Assembly: GCA_051294905.1 (NCBI GenBank)
Contig: CM119372.1
Coordinates: 35,466,001 to 35,530,000, forward strand
Reading direction: 5' to 3'
From: Botryllus schlosseri
Lineage: Eukaryota
DNA length: 64,000 nucleotides
The notes under the pieces were generated by a model. It did not search any database. It saw only the letters and a list, made by a program, of their open reading frames with translations, and had not been told where the DNA came from. The position numbers and the translations under genes are program-made. Below are positions 1 to 12,741 of this stretch, one piece after another (positions within the stretch are counted from its first letter, which is position 1; each line of letters opens with the position of its first letter).

Positions 1-186
1 CATCTACATCTACGGAATAAATTAAACGAGTTAAAACTGAAAATATTTGATGACTTGAAATCGACTCGAAATCGGAAAGTTTGAGATTACTCCTGGCTTG
101 ACTGGAAAACTTAACCCGGGATTAAATTTACATTGACTCGAAATGACTTGTAACTCGAAGAAAGGCAGTGACTTTATCCCAATATC
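1..186. mobile_element. Right end of a GACTT/GACTC-repeat MITE, cut by the window edge
   Basis: gacttg/gactcg motifs ending gtgactttatcccaatatc, resembling the end of 4101-5083; end approximate. Confidence 0.5.
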
Positions 187-715
187 TTGTGCACGCGGAT
201 TATTTACAACAGGGTGTTAGCGTTAATAACCTGAACAGAAACAACCTACGTGGCAATGCGAATTCAAACATAAATCACTTTTAGCTTTTGCGCCCTGTCT
301 GCATGGCATAGTCGGACTTGGGATCTTTTATCAGAGTATACGCTTGGTACCATTCGAAAAGTGCCATGCATAACGATGTGACCGCAGCGAAATCACTTAT
401 GATGAGTTGCTGTTACAATATTAATGGTTCAGCAGGGGTCGCCATCTGGATCTGTTTTCTACGTTATGATTATATTTATTTTGTGCTCGATTTCATATCT
501 GTATGGCTCCCAGTCCATCGCCTTACTGAGAAATTAAATAATGATGTTAAATGACTGTAGAATTCTGATATTTCACAAAAGTGTTCACGATGTAGAAGTT
601 TCCCAAGTCGGTTTGCGAATCTCTAAAGTATTCGCACCATCCCTTTGGCATGCTATACTAATCTAAATGTAGTAGAGAACTGAATAATTATTTTCAACTA
701 AATCGTACATTTCAG

Positions 716-817
716 GCGGGACTTGCTTATGCTCGATGGTTGCTTTATCAGTCGCACACTACATTATAATATGCAAGAGGGTACGAATGAAATTTTCGCA
801 AATGAGTGCTTTTGCAG
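716..817 (+). CDS. Divergent opsin-like GPCR copy A, exon equivalent to exon 3 (TM3-ICL2); upstream exons lie before the window
   Basis: ttcag|...|gtatgc, 102 bp, phase 1/1; GTCLCSMVALSVAHYIIICKRVRMKFSQMSAFA; same length and boundaries as 37355-37456. Confidence 0.88.
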
Positions 818-1007
818 GTATGCATTACCTGCAGTGAGTTTCGTTGTGGATTACATGTGATTTTCTAATTTTGTTAAGATTCATATGTAAGCATGCGTAA
901 TTTTGCCCACTCAAGTCCACCGCTCTCAATCTTATTTAATGATTTTCCCTGCGTGGAAGAGATCAAAATCAAAAAAATGGTAGTTAGATTTACTCAATTC
1001 TTTTCAG

Positions 1008-1225
1008 CTATCATCTTCACCTATATTTGGTCTGGGCTGTGGAACACTGTGTTGGTGATAAGCGATGGATACGGATCCGACAGATTGCATTCATTCTGCG
1101 TAATCGTCTGGAATTCACCTGACAAATACTTAGTTCAATATTACTTCTATATGATTTGCTGCTTCGCTGTGCCGTTAGCTGCAATGATCTTTTGCTACAG
1201 CTCAATTCTGATACGTGTTCGAAAA
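1008..1225 (+). CDS. Opsin-like GPCR copy A, exon 4 (TM4-ECL2-TM5)
   Basis: ttttcag|...|gtgagt, 218 bp; IIFTYIWSGLWNTVLVISDGYGSDRLHSFCVIVW...PLAAMIFCYSSILIRVRK; paralogous to 39263-39480. Confidence 0.92.
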
Positions 1226-1793
1226 GTGAGTTGTGTAAAAGCTAGGTGCTGTAGCCTATATATAAATACCTAAATTATAATTCTGTTCATTATCTGTCGT
1301 CCCACAGTCGGAAGAAGTTGAAAGACGTCATATTTCTTTCTTTCTTCCCCTCTCTGCCAAGCCCAGATAACATTCCGAATTCTTATGGTATCTGGAATTT
1401 TTTTTATCTTTGCGGTAACATGGCTGTTGTCATATCAATGCAAAAACGTGCCATGGCGTAGCAAACGTGGTATAGCTCATTCTTAATGGATCTAGTTTCG
1501 TGACTTCCAAAGATAGTAGTATCGGCGCTTTTCACCTGTACAATCAATTCCTTCATATCATTACACCACAACTTGGTACTATAACCTTTCGATGCCTATG
1601 AAATTTCCCTAATTTTAAATAGCAAGAACGGAATAAACTGCCTACAACTGATGAAATGGTAAATATGAATGGAGTGAATAAGTTATCTGGCAACTCCGCA
1701 GTTTGTCTATCGAATTTGCTGTCATTATTTAAAGCTGTTGAATGATGTTGGTGAGACACCGTGAACTTTATGCAGTTCTCTTCATATTCCAAG

Positions 1794-1940
1794 GATGCGA
1801 AGAAACCTTCTGACTCGAAAACACCAACAACGCTGTTACGGACGATGAAATCAGTTTTATCGATCATGCTAGCATTTGTTATTTGCTGGTTCCCGTATGC
1901 GATCATCGTCATATTGAAGATAATGATACAGGAAGATAAT
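1794..1940 (+). CDS. Opsin-like GPCR copy A, exon 5 (ICL3-TM6)
   Basis: ttccaag|...|gtaaga, 147 bp; DAKKPSDSKTPTTLLRTMKSVLSIMLAFVICWFPYAIIVILKIMIQEDN with CWxPY. An in-frame alternative acceptor (exon start 1776) is possible; 1794 was chosen by alignment to copy B. Confidence 0.88.
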
Positions 1941-1998
1941 GTAAGAAGTGTTGATTATTGCTGGCGAGTGACATGAAATTTAAAATCTGAATACTTAG

Positions 1999-2085
1999 GA
2001 TTCATACCCGGAAATGTTCGCTTTCCTGGCAGCAAAAACTTCGTACCTGTCATGCCCGATCATCTACGTCATGAAGAATCGCAAT
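1999..2085 (+). CDS. Opsin-like GPCR copy A, exon 6 (TM7 with Schiff-base Lys)
   Basis: cttag|...|gtaagc, 87 bp after a 58-bp intron; DSYPEMFAFLAAKTSYLSCPIIYVMKNRN aligns to rhodopsin [22 protein letters not shown]. Confidence 0.9.
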
Positions 2086-2186
2086 GTAAGCCTTGTACCA
2101 TCACACTAAGCGACTTTGAGACGAACCCCGAACCTCGAAACAACATGGAGTAGTCTTCGAGATCAGATACCCACTTTGACCTAGGC

Positions 2187-2482
2187 CAGTGGTTCTCAAC
2201 CTGGGGGGCGTGGAAGCTCTGAAGGGGGGCGCGAAGAAGCGGTCAACTGAGAAAATATTTCGCGCTTCGCGCGATTTACCTCCGATTCACGCGTGTTTCT
2301 CAATATATACACCGAATTTCATACTTCCTAATTATCTCATCAACAGTTATAACATTCCATGCCATCAAAAAGTCAGTTGGGGTTGCTAGCATCCCGGGAG
2401 GATTTTGTGATATGACGATGAGGGGCGCGAAATTTTTCACTATCATAAAGAGGGGTATCTAAAAAAAAGTTGAGAACCACTG
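2187..2482. mobile_element. hAT (Buster/Charlie-type) MITE in the last intron of opsin A
   Basis: TIR CAGTGGTTCTCAAC/GTTGAGAACCACTG; TSD acctaggc/gcctaggc; related copies at 8583, ~24254, ~31029. Confidence 0.88.
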
Positions 2483-2859
2483 GCCTAGGCGAAGTAAAGA
2501 AGAGGCATGCACACTAAATGAAAAGTAATGCAGAGAATATAAGACGCAAGCGACAAAATGCCCATGTCGCAGAAGGCAAGATCGATGTTAGGTCGTGGTC
2601 CGGTAATCCTGAAAGCTGACTAGTATTCATTTAGATAAAATTGCTTGTATTTCGAGGTGAATGCGGACATACTCAACGACTGTCGGATAACGGGTGAGAT
2701 GTTGTTCCACAATCGGGGTCCGGCATACTTGGTAGAGCAATGCCTTTTCTTGCATTCGTCATGATCATATGGTAGTTGTTCTTCGTTGACGCGCGTGTGC
2801 CGTACTTGTGCGCTTTTGACTCAATATTTGGTTGTATCAGCATCATTTGCTGACTACCT

Positions 2860-3233
2860 ACATGTACTGTATTTCGTTCTTGATCTTTTGTGATTGCGGG
2901 TCACGCTCACAGCAGAGAGCCACTAAATATTCAAAATAGGAAGGCTGAATATCTCGAGCAAACCTTTGTAACAAAGCAAGTAGGCTAAAACTCTTGAGAT
3001 TGGCAAGGTTTAGTGGTAATGTTGTTATGCGGCCAGTGCCTTGCATAGAGTGATCCGAAATTGAAATGCAAGGAATTTTAACCAAAGATGTTATATGGAC
3101 GTGAAAAATTTTTATACTCGAAAAAGGTTCACAGTGCATAACCCACCAAGGTTTGTTTGCGAACGAGAACCTCTTAATTTCTGCGGTTCACGCAAAGAAC
3201 GCGAACCCGAACCCTACGTTCATATCATTGCTA
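2860..3233. mobile_element. Partial copy of the TAGGGATGGTGTGAAC MITE family
   Basis: Similar to ~5970-6283 plus 9374-9413 and to the reverse complement of the 62334 end; left boundary approximate. Confidence 0.7.
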
Positions 3234-3316
3234 CTGTTTCAAGTACTAGGGATTTAAAGTAGGATCGTCTACATGTCATAACTTGAAAATACGGATATAT
3301 TCTTATTGCATTTCAG

Positions 3317-3415
3317 ATAAGAAAGGAAGTCAAGTCCGTGTTCAACCGCTGCACACGTGCACAGCCTGTCCGAAATCACGGAGGGCCAAATAGAAAGTTG
3401 CCAGAACTTTCATAG
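3317..3415 (+). CDS. Opsin-like GPCR copy A, terminal exon (helix 8 and C-tail)
   Basis: tttcag|ATA..TAG; IRKEVKSVFNRCTRAQPVRNHGGPNRKLPELS*; start matches copy B MRKEVLAVFNR. Confidence 0.82.
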   Translation: MRKEVKSVFNRCTRAQPVRNHGGPNRKLPELS

Positions 3416-4100
3416 AAATCAACCCTGTTCGATATTTTTACCTAAGGCAGTGGTTCCCAACCAGTGGTACGCGTACCATTAGCGGTACACGATGGTCTTC
3501 TAGGTGGTACGCGAGTAGATTTTGTTTTTTTGTCGACCGAAGGGAGTTTTTAGTTCTGGTGGGGTTGATTTTGAGTTATTTTGTAGCCATCGTCCGTCAC
3601 TATTCCCCAGCTGCTAATTTTCCCTTATACGTCGGAATGCGAGCAAGGATTTTCATCCCTGATGACTATCAAGTCGAAGAAACGAAACCGACTTGTTGCG
3701 CCCATACATGACTTTCGATGCGCTTTGAGCAAACGTATGTCACGTATTGACCAGCTAGTGGTAAATAAACAAATGCAGCCATGTCGCATTAAATAAATTG
3801 ACTTTTGTTGTGTGTTGTTATTTCATTATGTTGTTCTTCTTCCTGAGACTGGTGGTGAAAAAACAATTCCATGCACGTCATCAACCCTGGCTGATAATGC
3901 CTGGTTCAGGGGTGTCAAACTCAAATTGCAGCGCGGGCCGGATCCAAGTCATGAAATCGCTCGCAGGCAGGACAGTCAACGAAATCCGAAATGTTGCCTC
4001 GTGCCATTGCGTGTGAACGCGAACCTTTTTGAAAGGTTCTGTGTGAATGCAAACGTGAACCTCATGACGTCATTTTGCTAATTCAGACCCTACATTTTAG

Positions 4101-5083
4101 CAGTGTGGGGATGACTCGAGTCATGACTTGACTCGAGTCAGACTCGAGTCAAATTTTCATATGACTTGACTTGACTCGAGTCACTTTGGAAAAATGACTT
4201 GACTTGACTCGGAGCTTCAAAAATGTGCACTGACTCGTGACTCGGACCAAAATTTACGAGTCAATTTCAAGTCATCAAGTAAACGGTGTCGAATATATCA
4301 CTGTATCTTGTGTATGTTCGGACTGTTCGATGTACGTACGCAGGTGTTACTTGTGAGAGCAACCAGTAATTCATGATTCTACGTTACAGTGATCCTCCAT
4401 TGTTGGATCACAATTAAATTGACGGCAAACTAAACAAGCACAGCCTACGTTGTCGAAGTAGTAGTAGAAGATTGATCTAAATAGCAATGTGTTTCTCTTC
4501 CTTAGACGGCTCAATGCTCAACGTTGCGCACTGCTCACATTTACCAACCCTCTTGTATGATTTAAATTGAACAAATATAGTTTGTGCGTTTATATTCTCA
4601 CGGATGTGTAAATTGGTGTTGTAGGTTATTGTACCATATCAATTTGTTTCAACTTCTCGAAGCTTCGTATTATATCCTACATTTTGGCTGATAATTACTC
4701 ACTGTAGCATGTAGCTGTCCAGATACTCACGTAGTTTATTAGCAGTTCTACGTGTGCGAGAGGGATACAGCGTCTTTTTGCATGTAGATTTAACTAGATA
4801 TTCGTTATTAGATCAATTAATCTTTCTTTCACCCATCTAGCGTAATGTAACGACTCTGAATCATCATTCATACATCGAAAATTCAATTTGAATTGAAATG
4901 TGACTAGACTCGTGACTTGACTTGACTTGACTCGACTTGACTCGAGTCACCTCCAAAAAATGAGTGACTTGACTTGACTCGAGTCACCTTTGAAAATCGA
5001 TTGACTTGACTTGACTCGAGTCAAAATCTTCAATGACTCGAGATGACTCGTGACTCGAAGGTAGTGACTTGATCGCAACACCG
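4101..5083. mobile_element. hAT MITE with subterminal GACTT/GACTCGAGTC repeats
   Basis: Imperfect TIR CAGTGTGGGGAT/ATCGCAACACCG; TSD cattttag/cattgtag. Confidence 0.8.
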
Positions 5084-5556
5084 CATTGTAGTGAAGTGAT
5101 AGCGTATATTATTGTACACGATACCTAGCGACAACTCGGGCCCCATTATGCCACAATGCTGAAGTACATATTTGGGACAATCAAATGATATGATAATCCC
5201 ATCCGTCGCTTTGCCAACAATTTCTACAAGTGGGCCTACTTGCAAGGGAATATATGCTTAATTGCTTACGTCTTAACGGTCTAGGCCAGACTGGAGAATG
5301 TATTCGGCGTCTGAGTATTGCTACGTTGATATTGTGCAGAGTGTAAAACGGATTTCTATACTTGCTACAGATATTACCCCATTACCAAGTTATACAGCAG
5401 TAGCCAACACCCCAATTGCACGGATTTGGTTTTTATGATACAATACTAGACATATGAAGTGAAGATTGTCCCAGTACGCCCGCTAGATTTTTTACATCAG
5501 ACAACGATATCAATCTCATTGATTGCTTGAATAAGCATCATTCGCTGACAACCTAC

Positions 5557-5964
5557 CAGAGATGAGCGGATTTGAAATTTTTATGTCCTAATCCAATCCA
5601 AATCCGAACCTTCAAATCCAAATCCTAATCCATTACTTTTTCATATTCAAGTCCATGTCCAATCCTAATCTGATTACAACTGGAAATTCAGAAAAAATAC
5701 TAATTTATGCAATGGTGGGATTCGAAAATTTTCTTTCACACCAACGATTCACTTGATTCAAGATAACTTAGTAACAATAAGTACATTATTAACTGATCTG
5801 AATAAAGTTTGTCGCCATTCGCCACACGACATTTCAATCTCCCAAAAATAAGAAAATCCAATCCAAATCCTAATCCGTTCTGAAAAAAGTGTCTAATCCA
5901 AATCCGACAAAATTTCACAAATCCTGTTTTTTCAAAACCTAATCCTAATCCATGCTCATCTCTG
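5557..5964. mobile_element. hAT MITE with AATCC(A/T) repeats
   Basis: TIR CAGAGATGAGC/GCTCATCTCTG; TSD caacctac/ctacctac. Confidence 0.85.
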
Positions 5965-6572
5965 CTACCTACATGTAGTGTATTTCACTCATGATGATGT
6001 GTGATTGCGGGTGAAGCTCACAGCAGAGAGCTTGATATTTCGAGTAAACTTCTGTAACAAAGCAAGTAAAATTTTTGAGATTGTAAAGGTGCCTGCTCGT
6101 TTAGTGTTGATATTTTTATGCTGCCAGCGCCATTCGTAGAGTGACCTGCTGTTGAAATGCAATAAATTTAAACTAAAGATGTTATGATGAAGTGAAAATT
6201 GTAATATATGAAAAAGGTTGACAGTGCAGAACCTACCAAGGTTCGTTTGTGAACGTGAACCTCTAAATTTCCGAGGTTCACGCCAGGGCTGTGGAGTCGG
6301 AGTCGTAGTCGGTGGAGTCGGAGTCGGAGTCGGGATAATTTTCGCTTGATGGAGTCGGAGTCGGACTCGGAGTCGTGAAAACTATAATAGCTGGAGTCGG
6401 AGTCGGAGTCGGAGTCGGTGGGAAAATACTGGAGTCGGAGTCGGAGTTTATGAGAATGACTTCGACTCCGACTCCGACTCCAACTTCTCTATCATGAAAA
6501 CATTTGCTTTCAAATAATTTTCAATAGAATTTTGATGTACCACCAATCACCGTTTTTATTAACCATACAGAT

Positions 6573-7411
6573 CAGGTGCGGCCAGCCCAAGGCACATAGC
6601 CCAAATTTGGCACATGAGAATTTTAGATGTGGCCTGCGAGGTAATCCTCGAAATTAATTATGACGTCAGGTACAATTACAAGGCCAACCAAAATTTGATT
6701 AGCATGACCGCGAAATTTGATGATGACTAAAACAACAGATCTGACGCATTGACGTATCCAGGGGTCAGCCACATTTATCCCAGATTTTCGTATATGACCA
6801 TAAAGTAGAATATTTCATAGCAGATTTATTTGACTTGAAATTTTTCGCGGTACTTCGCATGATTCATGTCACTACATTTCTTACATTCAGTATTTTAGCC
6901 CCCTTCTGAAAATTATAAATACATATTATCCACAGAATTAAGTCTAACTATATTCGCAATTAGGAAATACGGCTTCGCTTGTCCACTTGCAGCGAGATCG
7001 TCGACAAAACGTTTGCACAAAATGATAGAGGCATGTTCACTGATAACGTCGATTTTGCTATGTCTAAACGTCGAATAATCCTGTCCTTGCCAAATGAGCC
7101 CAGTGGCATACCGATGCGACCCCCAATGTATGTTAGCGACACATTTATTGATATAGCTATAGCCTAATTCAGTCGTTATATTGCAGAAAAAATTCGCGCT
7201 TCGCGTGACCAGGGTCTAATTGCGCATCGGCACAGTTGCATGGCATATTGCTATCAATTTCAGAGCGTATCAATATAAGGCTTGTTTGCGATGTTACCTA
7301 ATTCGGTTCGCTCCTATCGACGATTAAAAAAGGTTATCAACATTCCAGTTGCCCGCGCAATGGTTCGTAAATCTCAAGTGTCCCTTTCGCCGAAAAAGTT
7401 GCCCACCCCTG
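6573..7411. mobile_element. Degenerate hAT MITE inside 6284-9365
   Basis: Ends caggtgcggccagc/gttgcccacccctg; TSD atacagat/ctatagat (6/8). Confidence 0.5.
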
Positions 7412-8253
7412 CTATAGATAAAATTAGACATTACTTGCAAATTACAACTCAGTTGCAGAAGGGAAGAAAATCGCAAGATGCGTTTTCGCGATGCAGTCAA
7501 AATTGATGCAATTTTTGTAATTATACCATGATACTGTGACAGAGAAAATGCATCGGCTGGTTTTGCAAAATTGTATAAATGATGTAAAGATGACCAAACT
7601 ATGCTTCCCACTTGACAAAATTAAAAATATTTGTAGTGTAGGTTAGCTGCTTGGGTCGCACTAATGATTAAGAAAGACTGCAAGTCCCAATCCTTGAATA
7701 CTTGATTAAGTACATGTAGACTAGACATAGGCTATGGTCTTTGACTACTTAACTAAATTCCCTTTATGATCAATGTCTTAAATTAGTAGTAAGAGTGTTT
7801 GTGCTTGTAATCAGGATAGTGTGCAATGACAAAATTAGTAAGTTCAATTTCTTTATTAGTTGCTGAGTCATACACAAGAGCTACAGTTGGATTTTTTATC
7901 TTCAGTTTTATTATACAGGATTGGATATCTGCCATAGTTGTATGATGCATACATTTCAGGATATTAGAGAGTCCATGTTATACAAACTTGAATAAGGAAG
8001 GATATTTAGCAAATCTTTATTTCATGTTAATTGCATAGTGGATAATTCGACCTGTGCCACAATGAAACAATTTAGCATGCCACATTTAATCATATGTTTG
8101 CATATGTTTAATGGTTGTATGATAGTCATTCAATCGACAATGTGGCATATAATTTTCGAAGTAAATTGGTAATACTGCTGGAGTCGGAGTCGGGAGTCGG
8201 AGTCGGAGTCAGTACGTTTAAAGACCCCGGAGTCGGAGTCGGTACGTTTAAAG

Positions 8254-9261
8254 CAGGGGTCACCAACACGCGGCCCGCGGGCCGCATGCGGCCCGCCATG
8301 TCATATTCTGCGGCCCGCGACCTGATTTGAAATTTAGGAAGAAACCTAAGAAAACCATTTTGAAATGCTGAAACTAACTTCAGTTTCAACATGCTGTTGT
8401 TGTTCCAAAATAAGCTATTCTCTTGTGCCCAACATCACTATTCGTCATTATAGCTAAAACGGCTGTGGTGATGGTAACAGCATTCCATCGAGGGAGAATC
8501 AGCTGATGTGAATGGGCATATTATATTGTCTTACCTTGCAATGGCCCAAACACTGCCAAGACCGAGACGCAAACGGCTTGGGCAGTGGTTCCCAAACTGG
8601 GAAGCGCGCGCCGCTTGTGGGGGCGCGAAAGCATCTGAAGGGTAGGCGGAGATGCGCTAAAAGGAAAAAAATTTTCGCGCTCGGCGCGATTTACCTCTAT
8701 TTCATAGTTAGCGCTGTGTGTATAGTCCGGAATTCATCTAATAGAATTATGTTATCAACAGCCATAACCTCTCATGCCATTAAACTAGCCGTTGGGATTT
8801 CTAGCATTCTGGTTGCATTTTGTGATATGACGATTTTTCAGTATCATAAAGGGGTGTGTGTCTAAAAAACTTTGAGAACCACTGGCTTAGGGCTTCCCCA
8901 CAAGATCATGCTTTACGTGGAGATGGTCTTTCAGCTAGTAACGTATCTCGCTAGTCCCAATATCGATTCCTTAGTCGCTGAAAAGCGTTTCCAGGTATCA
9001 TGCACAGCTCACAGTTTAAAATAAAATATAATTGGTGATAATGATTTTTTGTTGTATTTGTATTCCTTTATTGAAATAATATTTCTTTTGTGGTAAAATA
9101 TGCCCATCGCCTATGTTAGATAGCTTACCGTTGTACTGACGTAGAGATTTAGAGCGTGGTTGCATATTTTACATCGATATCGAATTCATGCGGCCCGCGG
9201 CCTCTACGAAATTTGAAAAGTGGCCCGTGGCCCGCGACCCGTTTTGAGTTGGCGACCCCTG
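8254..9261. mobile_element. hAT MITE with GCGGCCC subterminal motifs, nest level 5
   Basis: TIR CAGGGGTCACCAAC/GTTGGCGACCCCTG; perfect TSD gtttaaag; interrupts a GGAGTC array. Confidence 0.9.
8583..8884. mobile_element. hAT MITE, nest level 6 (same family as 2187-2482)
   Basis: TIR CAGTGGTTCCCAAA/TTTGAGAACCACTG; flanks gcttggg/gcttaggg. Confidence 0.82.
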
Positions 9262-10313
9262 GTTTAAAGACTCAGGAGTCGGAGTCGGAGTCGCTATATT
9301 GAAAATGTGTGGAGTCGGAGTCGGAGCCGGAGTCGGTGGTAAAATTTACCGACTCCACAGCCCTGGTTCACGCACAGAACGCGAACGTGAACCTCACGTT
9401 CACACCATCCCTATCACCAAGCATATATAGATAATATACGGATCGTAGGGGTTTCATTCTAGCGAGTCGGAACACCGTTATTTGCGAGCAATGAAATTGG
9501 CGAAGATACGATGATTGTCCAGTTGAATACAGTTAAGAACCACTAAAACAGCGGCATTACCGGCGATACAAGTTGACATAGTTCTGTGTTCCTTTGCTTC
9601 AGTCATAATCTGGCGTTAGCCCTGTGTATGCGTTGTGATGAATACAAGATATTTAACTTTTAACGCGGACGATGTAATTCGGTTTATTACTGTGGATGTG
9701 ATGGATAATATAATTTTTTTAAATCTCTTCAGAATTGCTATGCGGGCAGGATAAAATCATCTGGCGGGCCGTATGTTTGACACCCCTGGCCTAGTCTAAT
9801 AGCATTTGTTATTACACCTCGCATGGGTCAAATACGTGAGTATGACGTCATAAATGGTGAAAATGCGCTTTAATTATGTAGGTGGTACGCGAGCACTGCA
9901 TTAAACCTCGAAATGGTGCGTGGGTGGAAATAAGTTGGGAACCACTGACCTAAGGACTACAGCGCCGCACTTCAAAATCCAACAGCAATTCGATTATTTC
10001 GAGATCGTTCGTGACATATCAACTCTTTTAATATATTTCGAAGCAAGTTATAAGGGATTCTGCCAACATTTATTAGCCTACAGTTTCTTGTTCGGTACGT
10101 GAACTGTGTGAAATGTGAATGGTAATTTAGAAGCTTACATTCGTAAACGATCCTTGATAGATCTTACTCGCCTGTGACCAAAATTTTCCAGTGGCCTCAA
10201 CCTTAACGTCACGATCGAAATTCCCTTGATTGCAACTTGCGATCATTCGCTGTATGACGTAGGAAGCAAGAAGGAAATCAACACAGAACCATGAGGATCA
10301 TGACGTTCTAAAC

Positions 10314-12020
10314 CAGGGGTGGGCAATTATTTTTCCCCGCGGGCAAAATGAGAAGCATAAATATGTTGGCGGGCCGAGTAAGAAATTTTAGAATATCCAG
10401 CGTAATGATTTTATTTCTAAAATGGAAGCAGTGAAATGCACGAGTTGGTGCTCAGTGGATGTGTTGATATTGGGGAATGACAAAGTGACGGTTAATTACT
10501 CGAAAAAATATTTTTTTGCCGTCATATTTTGAAACAACGTTAAACATGATACATTTTGAACTCTCTTTAAACCCCTATCCGCGTTTTTCTATCAATAAAT
10601 TAAAATGTATTCGGAATGGCCGAAACAACCCGTTGTCTTCCCCTAAAACGTTGGTCTTGGCCCCCCCATAGAGTTCTAAACCAAGCTCCTGGCGGCTTCG
10701 CTCCCAGACCAGCCGCCATCGAGATGCACGATGCACGAGATGTCTTGTATACACTAATTGGCAACGTTTATGCCCTAATCGCGCTAAGCGCGGAATTTCT
10801 TCATAATTCAGGATTCAATCGGTCAATAATATAGGTAATTGCAAATATATTGCTATATTTTTCAACCTCTCTCAGCCCACGTCGTGGCCTATTCAGTTTC
10901 ACCGCTAGAGCTGAGTGAGGTACTGTCTTGAAAATGTTCGGGAGGGCCCGTTGGTATAATTACTTCGTTACATGTTGTTATTTAGTGACCTCCCGTCTGC
11001 TATGTGAAAATATATTGAAATCGCCAAAGCGTACCAAACTAAGAAGACGCTCCCGATTCCCGATTGGTATTTCTTTTCTGGCAAATATTGCCTATGAACA
11101 ATAGGTCTTCGTGGTTTTCGGTCAACATAAGGGCAGTCCTTTGCGGGCAAGGTTTTCTCGCTGTCGAGCTTTTTCCCCTTTACTTAGTTAATTTGATCAG
11201 CAGTTGCAATTGCAGTGCCTTCTCGGAATCCGGTGTTGACCTAAAGTTCATTTATCTTGGTGCGCCGTGGTACGGTAATGGTTAACGCCGAAATGTCCAA
11301 TTCTAAAAACCATTCTTCCCTAAATCGCGCGAAGCGCGAGAAAAATTTGAATGAAGTTGCATAAATTAAAAAAAAACACTATAATTTATGTTCATTCACG
11401 AAACAATTTCGGGCACCCATCGAGCTCGCCCCCCTATTGGGGGGTGCGGGGTGCGGGAGTTACAGTCCTGAAGATAATATATAGCTTATTGTCTTGGTAG
11501 CTGGTTTGCGAGAAGTGTGCAGCTTGCCGAAATGGCCTCGTTGTTTAGCCAAGGATGCAGTTATTAACCATCTTTGAATTTCAACTTTCGGCTTTTTTTA
11601 CCTTCTTTATGGATGGTGATATATTCATAGAAATCATGGGCATTGATTCACTTGTTTCATGAATTATGGATTTGGAAACACATCACGTGACAATTTGAAA
11701 CACAGACAGTGTAATGCGTAATGTGACAATGGCATCAAAGAAGGTTTGGTGACTTCTTGTGACTTCAATTCTAACGGCATAATTTGCTGCATTGACTTTA
11801 CTTTGAGTCTGGATAAGACTCGGGAGGGACGTATAGGCTGCGTAATCACGGTACGGTAATGAACAGGCTTGATAGTAAACGAATTTCCGGTTCAGTTTAT
11901 ACATCCTATGGCTTAATTCCAGGCTGCAACATTAAAAAGTAGGTTTGATATTTTAAATTTTAAGCAACCTTCCGCCTGCCGCACAGAATCGCTCGGCGGG
12001 CCGCACTTTGCCCAGGCCTG
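10314..12020. mobile_element. Non-autonomous hAT element with internal insertions
   Basis: Ends CAGGGGTGGGCAA/TTGCCCAGGCCTG; perfect TSD ttctaaac. Confidence 0.8.
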
Positions 12021-12420
12021 TTCTAAACGGTACTGAATTATGAGAGTTTTGCTTGACATATCAAGATGTCTTGATTGTGTATAATAAAATGACTTTTCTG
12101 CTTCACCGTAAGGAGCATAGTACATGGGCCATGTTCCCATTCAGTGACTAGGTTTTGCATGCCAGCTACGACCGGATATGGCATAATGTGGCACAAATAC
12201 AAGGTCCCTATATAGAGAAAGTAACCTTGGATCAGTTGTATTTAGCCGATGTTCACTGGAGCACTAGCGGTTCCGCGAGCCAGTATTCGGAGTTCCGTGG
12301 CGGTCACGACATACATTCAACGAATAGATATGATTGTGATGGTACGCCCGTCTTAAAAATAAATCAATGGTTGCAGGCAATTATAGGAGCGACCAGTAGC
12401 TGAATTGTAACTGTTATGGC

Positions 12421-12741
12421 TAGGGTTGTATTTAAAACAAAAATCACTTCAAAACAAACATGTTTAAGACAGGGCCCCTGTTCAAAACATGTTTTTCAAA
12501 GCCATGACGTCACGAATCTTCGATTTTGATGTAGTATTGGATTGACATTGGCGTTGGCTATACAGGGTGGTAAATGTTCGTAGGATCACACAAGATAATT
12601 TCAGGAAAGTATTTGCCCAGTTATGGTATAACTTTACAACTAAAAAACAACACATTTTTTAGGCCTTTGTTTTAAAACAGTGTTTAAAACATGTTTTAAA
12701 CAAAGTGCTTCAAACAACAATTTGTTTTAAAGGCATCCCTA
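12421..12741. mobile_element. Probable MITE with AAAACA/TGTTTT motifs
   Basis: Ends TAGGGTTGTATTTAAAAC/GTTTTAAAGGCATCCCTA; TSD poor (5/8). Confidence 0.55.

Larger units (their letters stand above)
6284..9365. mobile_element. hAT MITE with (GGAGTC)n subterminal arrays, nest level 4
   Basis: TIR CAGGGCTGTGGAGTCGG/CCGACTCCACAGCCCTG; perfect TSD gttcacgc. Confidence 0.9.
4010..9413. mobile_element. TAGGGATGGTGTGAAC-family MITE, nest level 3, left TIR missing
   Basis: After removing inner elements it is colinear with the reverse complement of 62334-63320; right end cacaccatcccta. Confidence 0.8.
3907..9788. mobile_element. hAT MITE, nest level 2
   Basis: TIR CAGGGGTGTCAAAC/GTTTGACACCCCTG; TSD gcctggtt/gcctagtc (6/8). 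Confidence 0.8.
3448..9947. mobile_element. hAT MITE, outermost element of a nested cluster
   Basis: TIR CAGTGGTTCCCAAC/GTTGGGAACCACTG; perfect TSD acctaagg (3440-3447, 9948-9955). Confidence 0.88.

Noticed and set aside
2086..2109. Opsin A ending by read-through into VSLVPSH*
   Set aside because: A strong gtaagc donor lies at the conserved 312 intron position, and both copies have a downstream exon starting (I/M)RKEV..VFNR
716..3415. Copy A as a pseudogene
   Set aside because: All five visible exons are open, in phase and have canonical splice sites; the missing 5' exons are expected upstream of the window
6292..6481. GGAGTC arrays (also GACTT/GACTC arrays at 4112-4260, 4900-5060, 17045-17530) as CRISPR or satellite
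   Set aside because: They are 5-6-bp units without regular unique spacers, lie subterminally within TIR/TSD-bounded elements, and no cas genes are present in this eukaryotic context
8115..8865. ORFs 8115-8330, 8126-8392, 8512-8865 and most other 60-120 aa ORFs in the track as genes
   Set aside because: They fall in MITE termini or repeats, often start at non-ATG codons, and lack recognisable domains or splice support
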